A DNA stretch of 64,000 bases, from positions 54,684,001-54,748,000 of the forward strand of contig NC_083225.1 of NCBI RefSeq assembly GCF_032191835.1, read 5' to 3'. Below are positions 54,051-64,000 of the stretch, piece by piece (the first letter of the stretch is position 1; each line of letters begins with the position of its first letter). The translations under genes and the position numbers were made by a program. The notes below the pieces were generated by a model. That model searched no databases. It was not told the origin of the DNA and saw only the letters and a program-made list of their open reading frames with translations. Source of the DNA: Heteronotia binoei. Its lineage: Eukaryota.

Positions 54051-55595
54051 CGTAAAATCATCGAGAGGGCAGTGGCGTTGCAGCTACAGAGATTTCTAGA
54101 TGACGCTTCTGTCCTAGACCCGTGCCAGTCTGGCTTCCGACCGGGCCATGGGACGGAGACGGTCTTGGTTGCCTTAGCAGATGACCTCCAACGGCAACTG
54201 GATCGAGGCGGTGTAGCAGTGCTGATGTTATTAGATCTGTCGGCTGCATTTGATACGGTCGACCATCGGCTACTGATCCACCGCCTCGCCGACATTGGGG
54301 TTAAGGGGTCTGCTTTACAATGGCTCTCCTCTTTCCTCACGGGTCGGGGACAAAGGGTGGCGATCGGGGGTGAACGATCCCAGAGGCGCACACTAGATTG
54401 TGGGGTGCCTCAGGGAGCAGTCCTCTCCCCGATGTTATTTAACATCTATATGCGCCCCCTTGCCCAGATTGCCAGGAGGTTTGGGCTGGGCTGCCACCAA
54501 TATGCAGATGACACCCAGCTCTATCTGCTGATGGACGGCCGGCCCGCCTCCCTCCCGGAAGGCCTGGATCGGGCGTTACAGGCTATCGCAACGTGGCTTA
54601 GACTGAGTGGGCTGAAGCTGAATCCGGCAAAGACAGAGGTTCTCTGTGTGGGTCGCGGCGCTCCAGGGGGGGAAATATCCCTCCCGACCTTCGATGGTGT
54701 GCAGCTAAAGGCGGCGCAGCAGGTGAAGAGTCTGGGTGTTTTACTGGAGCCTTCATTATCAATGGAGGCCCAGATAACAGCCACTGCCAAGTCAGCATTC
54801 TTCCATCTGAGGCGGGCAAAGCAGTTGGCCCCTTTCCTGGAGCGTCGGGACCTAGCAACGGTGATCCATGCGATGGTCACCTCACGATTGGACTACTGTA
54901 ACGCCCTCTACATGGGGCTGCCTCTGTGCCGGACCCGGAAGTTACAGCTAGTGCAGAACGCGGCGGCCAGGCTGTTGCTCGGTCTCCCAAGATGGGAACA
55001 TGTACGGCCGGGGCTACGCGAACTGCACTGGTTACCGATTGTATACCGGGTCCAGTACAAAGTGCTGGTTATCACCTTTAAAGCCCTATATGGCCGAGGA
55101 CCAGCCTACCTGAAGGACCGTCTCTCCCCGTATGAACCCCAGAGAGCACTGAGGTCAGTAGGAAAGAACAGACTGACTACCCCTGGGCCAAGACAAATCA
55201 AACTACAGAACACTCGCTCTCGGGCCTTTTCGGCCGCAGCCCCACATCTCTGGAACCAACTCCCAGAGGAGGTGCGGGCCCTGCGGAACCTTGATCAGTT
55301 CCGCAGGGCCTGCAAGACCACCCTTTTTAAATTAGCTTATGAATAACTGAATTATACCGACAACGAAGAAAATCCGCCATCAGCATCAACTAGAAGAACG
55401 TCAAGGATAGCGTTATAATATGTTTTAGTTAATTGTTTTAATCAGGTTTTTAAGGTTAATTAATGTTTAATTTAATGTTTCTAATGTGACTGTTTTATTG
55501 TTGGTGCACCATTGGTCACCGTATTGTTAGCCGCCCTGAGCCTGCTTCGGCAGGGGAGGGCGGGGTACAAATAAAATTTATTATTATTATTATTA
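54051..55595 (+). mobile_element. 5'-truncated L2-clade LINE with open RT frame
   Basis: QSGFRPGHGTET, LLDLSAAFDTVDH, GVPQGAVLSP, YADDTQL; open to TAA at 55346; 3' end ttagccgccctgagcc...(ATT)n; many CpGs retained. Confidence 0.92.
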
Positions 55596-56115
55596 CTTTT
55601 GCTCCGCAGAATTGTTTTCAACCCCCCCCCCCCAAATTTCCCTCAAATAGGGAGTCTCATTAAAAAATGAGTTTGAACCATTTCCCAGCTTTAGTATGGT
55701 GAGAAACCCATGCTGATTTAATATTTTTTGCCACAATAGCAGGAATATATATATTTACTTTATTAAAAAGCTTTATGATACATTTTAAATAGTATTTATT
55801 TTTAAAATGAATAAAGAATTGGCATGAACAAAGATTATTGGCATTTGGCTTAAAAAAAAAAAAAAAAACCCTGACAACATCCTTACTTCAATAGGGCTCA
55901 GAGGAGCATCACAATGCAGCTGTACACCCAGATGAGCAACTATGCTTGTGGAGTTCCTTATCAAGGCTCTCTATTCTGATATGTGGTTAGATATGGTTAA
56001 AGGGACTTACAGAAAGCAAGATTTTGTTCACACTGCTTTAGGCAAAGATATATTCTCATTTTCTCTATCCAGCTAATGTCAATAATATCCTATTTAATAA
56101 CCTCTCCATTAAATC

Positions 56116-56600
56116 AACCATTGGTAATTACCATGGGGGGTCATTCTCTGAGGACTGGAGGACATCTTGGGTCTTTCCCACCATTGTGTCAGGGAGGCAG
56201 GAAATAGAAATCTTTCTTCTTCTTCCTGTGACACCAGAACACCCATCTCCTCAGTTTGGGTAGCTCCGAGAAGCAGTTAAACTAGTAACCTTACTCAGAA
56301 ACAAGGAACAGTAACATTAACAAGAAAAAACTGTAACAAGGGAAAAACAGAGATAACTCTATAAGCAGCGTAGGATAGAGACAGAACAGAAAGGATTAAA
56401 ACAGGTAAGAGTGATGTAAAGCAGTGGGCAAGATGTCCTCCTGTTCTCAGAGAATGACCCCTCATGGTAAGTACCAATAGCCATTCTCCCTCTGAGTCGG
56501 AGGACATCTTGGGTATTCCTAGAGCAGTAGATCAGTGACTGGGCGGGGCATCACTCTCTTCCGCCAACAAGTGCTGCAAAACTTTTCTGCTGAATTGTAG
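56116..56600 (-). mobile_element. DIRS-type (tyrosine recombinase) retroelement 3' terminal fragment
   Basis: On -: FSRKVLQHLL (YR C-terminal GRKVLQ-like), then an ICR-like block. Inverted repeat 56118-56170 vs 56427-56478, with a third GGAGGACATCTTGGG near 56499. Confidence 0.7.
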
Positions 56601-57980
56601 GGTGTTTTTACATTCAGTTTTGAACCAAAGTATTCAAATTGCCTGCCACTGTTACATTTTTACATTTGTGGATTTGCTGCACACATTTTGTGGAGCTAAA
56701 CTTCTGCATTGCAGTTCATACACAGATTGCTGATGTCAGTTACAGGAACTGCAGGTATATGGTTCTGAGACATCACATTTTATCCTGAAGCCTGATTGCT
56801 ACATTCTGCAGATCTTTCCGATGTTCACAGTTTCCTTATTACCCTATGATGTGGATTATTGTGAGCAAAAATTAAACTTTGTGAGACGAGCTGTGATCAG
56901 GGCAGCCAAAATACCATTGCTTAGTACAGGGATGTATACAATTGCTTAAAAATCATCACCATACAAACGCTAGTTAGAATCCAATTTGTTAGTTTCTTTA
57001 AATTGCTTTCTCTGGAAGTATCTTGATTCTTCAGCATTCCAAAGATCAACAGCTACCTGAAGTACCATAGTGTTGTCTCTTTCTGAGGTGCAAGTTTTGT
57101 ATTAATAAATGCTAATTTATAGGCATATGTTCTTGCAGAATTCTTAAAGGATTTAATAGAATTTTTTTTAACTTTCTATAACCCCCCCCCCCCCAAAAAA
57201 AAAAACCCCTACAAACATTTGACCATGCTATTCAGGGAATGCCAAAGCAAAGCAAAATTCCTTACAGTCCATACCCAAAGGTTATTTTCCCACAGCTGAA
57301 ATACTGGAAATGTCTTGATCTTGGGGTGAGGGAAAGGTGAGATGTGGGGAGAAGTTGCAAGCAGAGGAATTGATTTTTCCTTCTTGCTTATTATATTGCA
57401 GCCTCAGGTCCAGATTAGATGGGATGGTATAATCATGGCTGCTGCAAGGCTGCTACTACCACTTCAAAGTCATTCTAAAATGCCACAAAGACCCCAATGC
57501 TGATCATGCCTGCAGCTCAGTGCTCTTGTCTCTACCCACATCTACATACCTTTTCAAGATCCCAAACCACAGTGTGTGTATGCTGCCATTTCAGCACTTG
57601 ATAAGGCATGGTGGGGAGTGAGTGTCTCAGCTGACCATACCAACTTTTAAATGGTGCAGTGTCTTCATGTCTAATTTGGCCCTCAGTTCCCCATATTATG
57701 CATATTTGGGCTAGACTTTCATTTACAAGTTTAGTCTGTTCTTGTCATAGCTTTAGCCAAATAGGGTTTAGAAATACTTCACTTGGGCACATGCAATGTA
57801 ATTTTGCAGCGTAATCTCCTGTCAGGTTGGTTTATGGTTCTGGAAACTACAGTGTTATTAAAATTGAGAGACAGAGAAAGCGAGACTCCTAGTAAGTACT
57901 CTAATTTTCTCCAAAGTGGATAATCGAGTAACTTTTTTCTTATATAGGATTGCATTTTGATCAGTTTTCTTTGTTTTTAG

Positions 57981-58730
57981 AAATAGTCCAGTAAAAAAAT
58001 ACAAAGTGGAGAATGAAATCAAAGCCAATGGAATGAGAAAATTGAACAAGGAATGTGAGACTGGAGAAACAGGATTCCTGGAGGAAGTCTTTCCTTGGAG
58101 TAAACAGAATGGAATTCACCATAGGGACAGCACTGCCATTTTTAATGGACACACTCATCGTTCTAATAGGACCTTAAAGACACCGGATAGCTTGGTGCAC
58201 TCTGACCATAAGGGTGCAACTAGACTGTCTCCAGGCCCTGTGCAGGAGGAGGAAAGGAAAGAGAAATCTGACTTCAGAGGCTGCTCTGTACAGCATTTGC
58301 AACAAAGCAACAAAAATACAGAACTTTTACAGGATCCTCATAGGACTATGAGTAATTCATCTTCATCTCTGCACAGTAATATTAAAATAAATGGTGCTTA
58401 TCATTCCACTGTTCAGAGGCTTTCAAGCACAAAAAGCACTGTTTCAGTATCTGCTCCTAGTCAGGCGGTTTCCTCAATCATGTCCAAATCTTCTAATAGC
58501 AGTTTTATTTCTGACTTTTATTCTCATTCAAGACTTCATCGTATACCTACCTGGAAGTGTGAATGTGCAGAGTTTAACACAACAACAATAAAAGCATTAA
58601 CATAACAAATCATAAAAACTGACCATTACATTGTTGAAAAAATCTGCATAAAGGGAGCGCAACATAAAAAGCAGAAGACATTATTCCAGAAGTTGAAAAC
58701 AATGGTCATGAAACAGCAGTATGCAGGCCA
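57981..58730 (+). pseudogene. REV1: REV1 exon 6 remnant, inverted relative to exons 2-5
   Basis: ttttag|A NSPVKKYKVENEIKANGM...KQNGIHHRDSTAIFNGHT...LHSNIKINGAYHSTVQ...FISDFYSHSRLHRIPTWKCE. Homology breaks near 58580 (TAA at 58603) and resumes weakly (LFQKLKTM ~ IFPGREKLKKM). End approximate. Confidence 0.93.
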
Positions 58731-59326
58731 TAAAACAATCAGCTAAAAATGATGAGACAAAACCACTAAATAATCAAAACTGAAACAGGAGATAACTTTT
58801 GGCTAGGAATATAAATGATAGTAGAGTGTGCTACAGGCACTCTTCCAGAGGGAGGACATTTAAGATTTGAAAAAGTCCCTTTTATATTTAGCACTTACTT
58901 CACTGCTACCTGGCAGTCTTGAGAGGAACGGCTCAATAAGCATGCTGTTCAGCAATTAATTCTAATTGCTTTTTAGCTTCAAAAGATCTACACAGAGGTG
59001 CCTATATACTAACATATTATCACTGTATTGCACTCACAACGTAGCAAGACAGACCTTGACTCCTACACTGGCCCCCCCCAAAAAATGGAATTCAAAGCAT
59101 TAATTTGGAAGACTTTTAAAATAAATTAATCTGAATATACACTTTTTTCAGAATACAGTCTACAAACAGAATTACTAAATAATAATTTCTCTCCTCCTGA
59201 ATGTAAACCCAGGCCAAGAAGTTTCTGAAGACCTGCCCAAACATTATCAACATAAAGTTATCAGAGAACAGCAGAACTGAATAACTGCCAACAGTCTCAA
59301 TGAGAAAATCAAGATCACATACTTAT

Positions 59327-59466
59327 AGCCTGTTGAACTCTGTCCAGAGGTATTGTTAGGATCTGGAATAGAATCTTCTAGTTTGCATGTGGTATTGAAA
59401 CAGAAGCCTTTCTGAATATTTGACGGCTTTGTGTAAAGCTGCAAAAGGAGATGTCCAGCTTTTATG
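59327..59466 (-). pseudogene. REV1: Decayed REV1 exon 5
   Basis: ttttag|(S)IKAGHLLLQLYTKPSNIQKGFCFNTTCKLEDSIPDPNN vs IKAGRLLSYIPYQLYTKQSSVQKGLSFNPVCRPEDPLPGPSN. Four-codon deletion, frameshift near the 3' end, donor ATAAGT. Confidence 0.92.
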
Positions 59467-61472
59467 CTAAAACAAAACATGTTTAGTTTATCAAGGATGC
59501 CAATACTAAAATTTTAATGTATACCTAACTCTGACCTTTATACATCATATGGGGAAAAATGGTCTATGTTCAATAGTAGTCTAATTTTTGGGGAGGGGGG
59601 AGGGCATTCCTTTAACCCTGGTCTAAATTCTGTGCATGGACATAGGACTTCCTCATCTCCCCCCCCCCCCTCACACTGCAACATGAAATGTTTCCCCATG
59701 CTGCTCCTGAGGGATGGACGATTCCCAGGAGCAGCACAAGAGATGAACAGCTGCTGCAACAGGGAGAGAATTAGCAACTATCTTCTTTCCCTTTTGTGTG
59801 TATGGATCTATTCTACATGATCCAATCCATTATGCATTAATTGCTACCTTGTTTCCTTTTTTTCCAGTCACTTCATTTCCTAAGTGATTTTATACATATC
59901 AGTAATACATTTTAAATAAATAATTCAAAATTCTAGGGTAGAGATTCAGAGAGCTGCTTTAGAAGTACCTAAAGGCCTAGGCATATCCAGTTTGCATAAC
60001 AGACTACTCGATGTCACATCTTAGGGCTTTCTGCACGCTCCTGGTTTTCCTGGCAGTCAATCCACAAGCACTGAAATTGGCTTGGGCACAGTTCTGTACA
60101 TCTTCTCTCGCTTTGCACTACTGGAGTCAGCTTATTTTCTTCTGCACATGCCTTCACCAGTGAGGATTTTCAAGGGAAGGAGCTATCATAATTGGAGGCA
60201 TCACAGCACCCCTCCTTTTAAAACAAAGGCAACAAATATTGATCTAGCGCTAGATGGTTGCAACAGGCTCAGCAAGTTCATCGAATTCAATTTTTTCAGA
60301 ATTCAGAGTTCAGAATTCAGCAAGTTCAGCTTTCAGTATTTTAAAACAAAAACATAGGTCTCTAGTCTCCTCCTTTATGGTGAAAAAGAAAAAGACATAT
60401 CTCCACAAGTGAAAATGCTAGACATACTTTTTTCTTCACACAATGAAAGCCAGACATTGAGAACCAGATAAGATTGTTACAAAGCTGCACTGATATCAAT
60501 ATTTCACTGCTGTTTTTTAAAAAGAAAAATTAAACCATCTGTCTTCATGCTGTGCGGGGAGTGGTTTGATTACAACATACCAATAATCAAGAAGTTGCCA
60601 GGAGGTGAGGTGGGTGGGAGGAGAAAGGATAATGAAAGCAATGTAAGTATTATAGAAAACACTGCAATGAAAAGAACAACAGTAAGATCATGTTACCCAA
60701 TTAGAAAAAACAAGAACATTAGCAGTTATGTGATCAGTTTTCTATGGGAATGGTGTAATCAGATCTCTTACAATGGGGACAAGTCCCAATTACACAGAAC
60801 GTTTTCTTGGATCATCCAGTACAATCCAAATATTTCAGTAAAACAACTGCTATATTCTAAGAATGAAAATAATCCAAATACTTTTAACACCTGAAAGTGA
60901 TATAGTAAATAGATTTTCTGGGATAGACTGTGAAACATCCAAAACCACCATTTTACATCAGTTTTAAACTGTCACATTTTAGTTATGTTTTTAAATAGTG
61001 TGTATTACAAAACACATACTCAAAAATATTTCCAAAAAAAATAGACATTGTTTTTAATTTTCAAACCTAAATAAACTATTCAGCACAAACTCAAAAATCA
61101 CATTCAATGCTTATCAGTGAGATTTTGATAATTTTGGCTCATGTACCTCACACCTTACAGTCATAAAATTTACTTTTATCAGCTACCCTGTGAATCAACT
61201 GTCTGAGTTTCCTTGACTGACTGAAGCTGACCTTGCTATTTTAACACACTACCCTTCAGCATTTTACAATCACTTCCCACTAGAGTTCATCAGTACTTTC
61301 TACACAGAACTTTGGGATAGTAAACATTTTCTGTGAGCATAATCACACAGTACTTACCAGAGAGTTAAATATTTGAAAATGTTGTTTTAGCTCTTTTTCA
61401 AAGAAGGCATCAGTTCGCAATCTTATAACCTTTTAATCCTCCTCCTCCTCATCGTGGTTCTCCAGTATTTAC

Positions 61473-61642
61473 CTTCTTTTTTCCATTCTGGTCGAACTAC
61501 TCCCCCCCCCCCCCTTTGAGTCCCTTTACTTTGGCATTTGGAAGATTTTTCACAATGTCCATTGTTTTGGATCTGGAATAACGGACATGACATTGCCCTC
61601 CATGCAACATCGGTCGCCTTCTTAGTTCATCAACTGAAGTAC
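61473..61642 (-). pseudogene. REV1: Decayed REV1 exon 4 (BRCT domain)
   Basis: TSVDELRRRPMLHGGQCHVRYSRSKTMDIVKNLPNAKVKGLK...VVRPEW vs DPSAEELRKLMMLHGGQYHVYYSRSKTTHIIATNLPNAKIKELKGEKVIRPEW. Acceptor AG->AC; G13 run shifts the frame; 170 nt vs 169 expected from the protein alignment. Confidence 0.93.
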
Positions 61643-62074
61643 GTGAAATAGGTTTACAACATTAAAACATGCTGCAGGCTTGAATATGTTCAATATTCTA
61701 TCACAACAGTTGGTTCTTCTCTGATTTTAATAAAATAGCCACTTAGAGTAAATCAGAATTTTAGTTAATGATCTGTCTTTTGACCAATTAATGATATCTA
61801 AATAAATATACATATTTCTAAAATCTCAGAGAAACTTCCCTAAGATATAGTTCAAGGTTCAACTAAAATCAACGACAAGGTTCAAGATAACACTTTTGAA
61901 AAATCTGCTACTGAAACAAAACAATCCGGGTATGTGTACAAAAGTCCCAAGTATGAGATTTTGATACTTGGGACTTTTATATACATACACAAAATGTTTT
62001 GTTTCACTGTGAATATATGAGACATGGTAGTTTTGGGTTTGGACCACAAACCATATAGGGAAAAAAGGAGACTG

Positions 62075-62200
62075 AACATGAACTGATTGTTAAGACTTTA
62101 TTGTGTGACTCTGTATAGTGGCTGGTTTTCTTCTTGTTGACCCCCCTCCCTTTTTTGTTTTTGTTTGCAGTTTTTGTACCTGGGCAGATATATATCCACC
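62075..62200 (-). pseudogene. REV1: Decayed REV1 exon 3
   Basis: ccaag|GGYISAQVQKL vs GGYMAAKVQKL; then degenerates into A/G-rich sequence with a stop. 3' boundary approximate. Confidence 0.75.
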
Positions 62201-62736
62201 CTTGGATTTAAATATAATATACTTTCAGATGTTGAGCAGTTAGTCAATACCCACTTTGTCTATTATGTGTATAATTACAGATGACAAGGTCAAAGGACAT
62301 TACAATCAAAAATTTTAATTTAAAGTACAATACAATACTAATCAGAGTTACTCCCATTTAACTTCAACTCACTTAGAAGGGTGGGACTCCACTCAGAATC
62401 CCAGCACCGTTAATAGATTTAGCTTGGCAAGCCACTTGTACACATCTTTTCAACTGAATAATCACATGAGCATTTTGTAAGCGATTGCTATCCAATTTAA
62501 GCTACTTGGACGGGGGGGGGGGGATACATAGACACAAGATCAACATAGCAGTTTTCCAAGGTAAAGGCAACACAGCACAGCCTTTACTGTATAGATAGCG
62601 CACAGGTGAAAATAAAGCAAGTAAAGAAAATTTCTCTGTTAGATCCACTCATCAATTCCAGGAAAAAGCAGTCAAATTTTTAAAGAATTACATTTGTAAA
62701 CATTTTTTGTCAGAAGATATTTCATGTTGAACCGGC

Positions 62737-62800
62737 CCACGTCCCCCAGCCATCTCTCTCACTGGATCGTTTTCTCCATCCACCTTGCTTCACAAGGAGG
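62737..62800 (-). pseudogene. REV1: Decayed REV1 exon 2 (start exon)
   Basis: (V)KQGGWRKRSSERDGWGTW vs REV1 MRRGGWRKRAENDGWETW. ATG replaced by GTG at 62793; acceptor AG present; donor reads GCCGGT. Confidence 0.88.
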
Positions 62801-62849
62801 CTTTTAATCACGGCGGGGGAAATAAATAAACCAAAATTTAAAAACCAAG

Positions 62850-63480
62850 AACCCCAAAAGAGGCGCGCAGGAGCGCAGGCCTCCGCCTCTCTGACCCGCG
62901 TGTGAGCGAGTTGTGTCCGAAGCGGAGGCTCATCGTGACACCCTCGTTCGTCTTCCGAAACCCTCGCCTAGGGGGCGCCTGACAAGCCGCCGCCGCCTCC
63001 TGTTCCGCAAGGCCCCAGCAGCGCCGCGGGTGCCGGGCGGCAGAACAAGCCTCGGCGCGGCATTGCCGCTCGCCCCGAGGAGAGAATGACGGGAAGCCGC
63101 CGCTACCGCGCATTGTTTGCCCCAGTCCCGGGCGTCGCCGCCGTCTGCCCTGGGGGGCCGGGTGGAAGAGCTTCACGTCGCGACCTCCCGCGCAGTCCCC
63201 GTCGCGCCTGCGGCTCCCGCCGCCGCCACAGCAGTAGCAGTGCCCGCTTCAGCAAATGCCTCGCCTCTCTTCACCTCCTCGCCGCTCCACCTCCGCCGAT
63301 CTTCCCTCCCTCCCTCCAGAACGCAGCCTCGCGCCACCAACCGCCGTTGCCCGCCTCCCTTCTCCTCCCCTCGCTCTGGCCGGCCGGCTTCTGCCCTCAG
63401 GCGGCGCCCTCTGGCGGCGTGCGCCACCAAGGATGTCGCCAACGGCACGAACCGCGGGCAGGAGAGTTGCTTCCGTGTTA
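62850..63480. promoter_or_regulatory. CpG island, probable REV1-derived promoter/non-coding exon 1
   Basis: Very GC- and CpG-rich block with sharp edges, immediately 5' of REV1 exon 2 on the - strand. Confidence 0.8.
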
Positions 63481-63695
63481 TTACACGAACCCACACAAAC
63501 ACACACACAAACCCACAAAACTATTCTACTATCGGGAACCATATTGCTACGAACATTGATTGAATTTCTGGATTAATTATTGGTTTCAGCATAGCATTTA
63601 ATTTGGCCACAGTATGTATTTTCCATATATTCTTATACCAAAGATTAAGGTTTGGACTTTTTTATGTTTTCCCATCAATAGCTATTACGGTTCTA

Positions 63696-63732
<37 letters not shown>
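63696..63732. repeat. (AAT)n microsatellite
   Basis: About 12 units. Confidence 0.95.
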
Positions 63733-64000
63733 TCATTGTTGTTATTATTGTGTGATTATATTAGTTTTGATTTCCGGCCTTAAGTTTAGAAGTAATGTTT
63801 CTGGGGATGAGTATTTTTTGTCCAGTAATTTTTTTAATTTAATACTTTATTTCCAAAGGTTGGATTTTTGGACGTTCAAGCCAACAGTTTATATAAGTTC
63901 CAATTTTTTGGCAATTTCTCCAGCAATATGGTTGTACATTTTTTTTTATATGTGATCAACACTGAGGAGTTAAATAACAGAAAGCTGTAATCTTGAAGAT

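Larger units (their letters stand above)
51446..56111 (-). repeat. Inverted segmental duplicate of AFF3 intron/exon region 31823-36692, interrupted by TEs
   Basis: Reverse-complement matches: 51446-52257 to 35684-36692; 53355-54045 to 33855-34370; 55596-55703 to 33743-33847; 55696-56111 to 31823-32248. Roughly 80-90% identity by eye. Confidence 0.93.

Noticed and set aside
57585-57610. LSSAEMA on - resembling REV1 LSRAEIA (later exon)
   Set aside because: Only about 21 nt of similarity; flanks do not align and no splice sites; could be chance.
62400-62520. Alternative candidate for REV1 exon 3
   Set aside because: Very weak similarity; a much better match with an intact acceptor lies at 62200.
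63086-63576. Overlapping 97-157 aa ORFs
   Set aside because: Typical of GC-rich CpG-island sequence; low complexity, no recognisable domain.

Overview
Vertebrate genomic DNA from a squamate, probably a gecko (inferred from Sauria/Squam3-type SINEs, BovB and CR1). Homologies below were recognised by eye against recalled human protein sequences; no searches were run. The + strand carries the last 11 coding exons of AFF3 (LAF4), from 2042 to the TAG at 42991. All have GT-AG sites and consistent phases. Downstream, where REV1 normally follows AFF3 head-to-tail, the locus is rearranged in three ways. (i) An old inverted copy of about 3 kb of AFF3 intron plus one exon (31.8-36.7 kb) lies at 51.4-56.1 kb. 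(ii) A decayed REV1 5' half has exons 2-5 on the - strand and exon 6 flipped onto the + strand. (iii) A CpG island at about 63 kb remains dense. The two duplicate copies show reciprocal empty sites for a BovB and an L2 insertion. An AFF3 intron holds a 3.4-kb composite hAT-type element with a perfect 8-bp TSD. It contains a 431-bp-arm palindrome, 15 tandem CR1 3' tails and an array of GC-rich hairpins. There are two assembly gaps. No CRISPR, rRNA or tRNA genes were seen.
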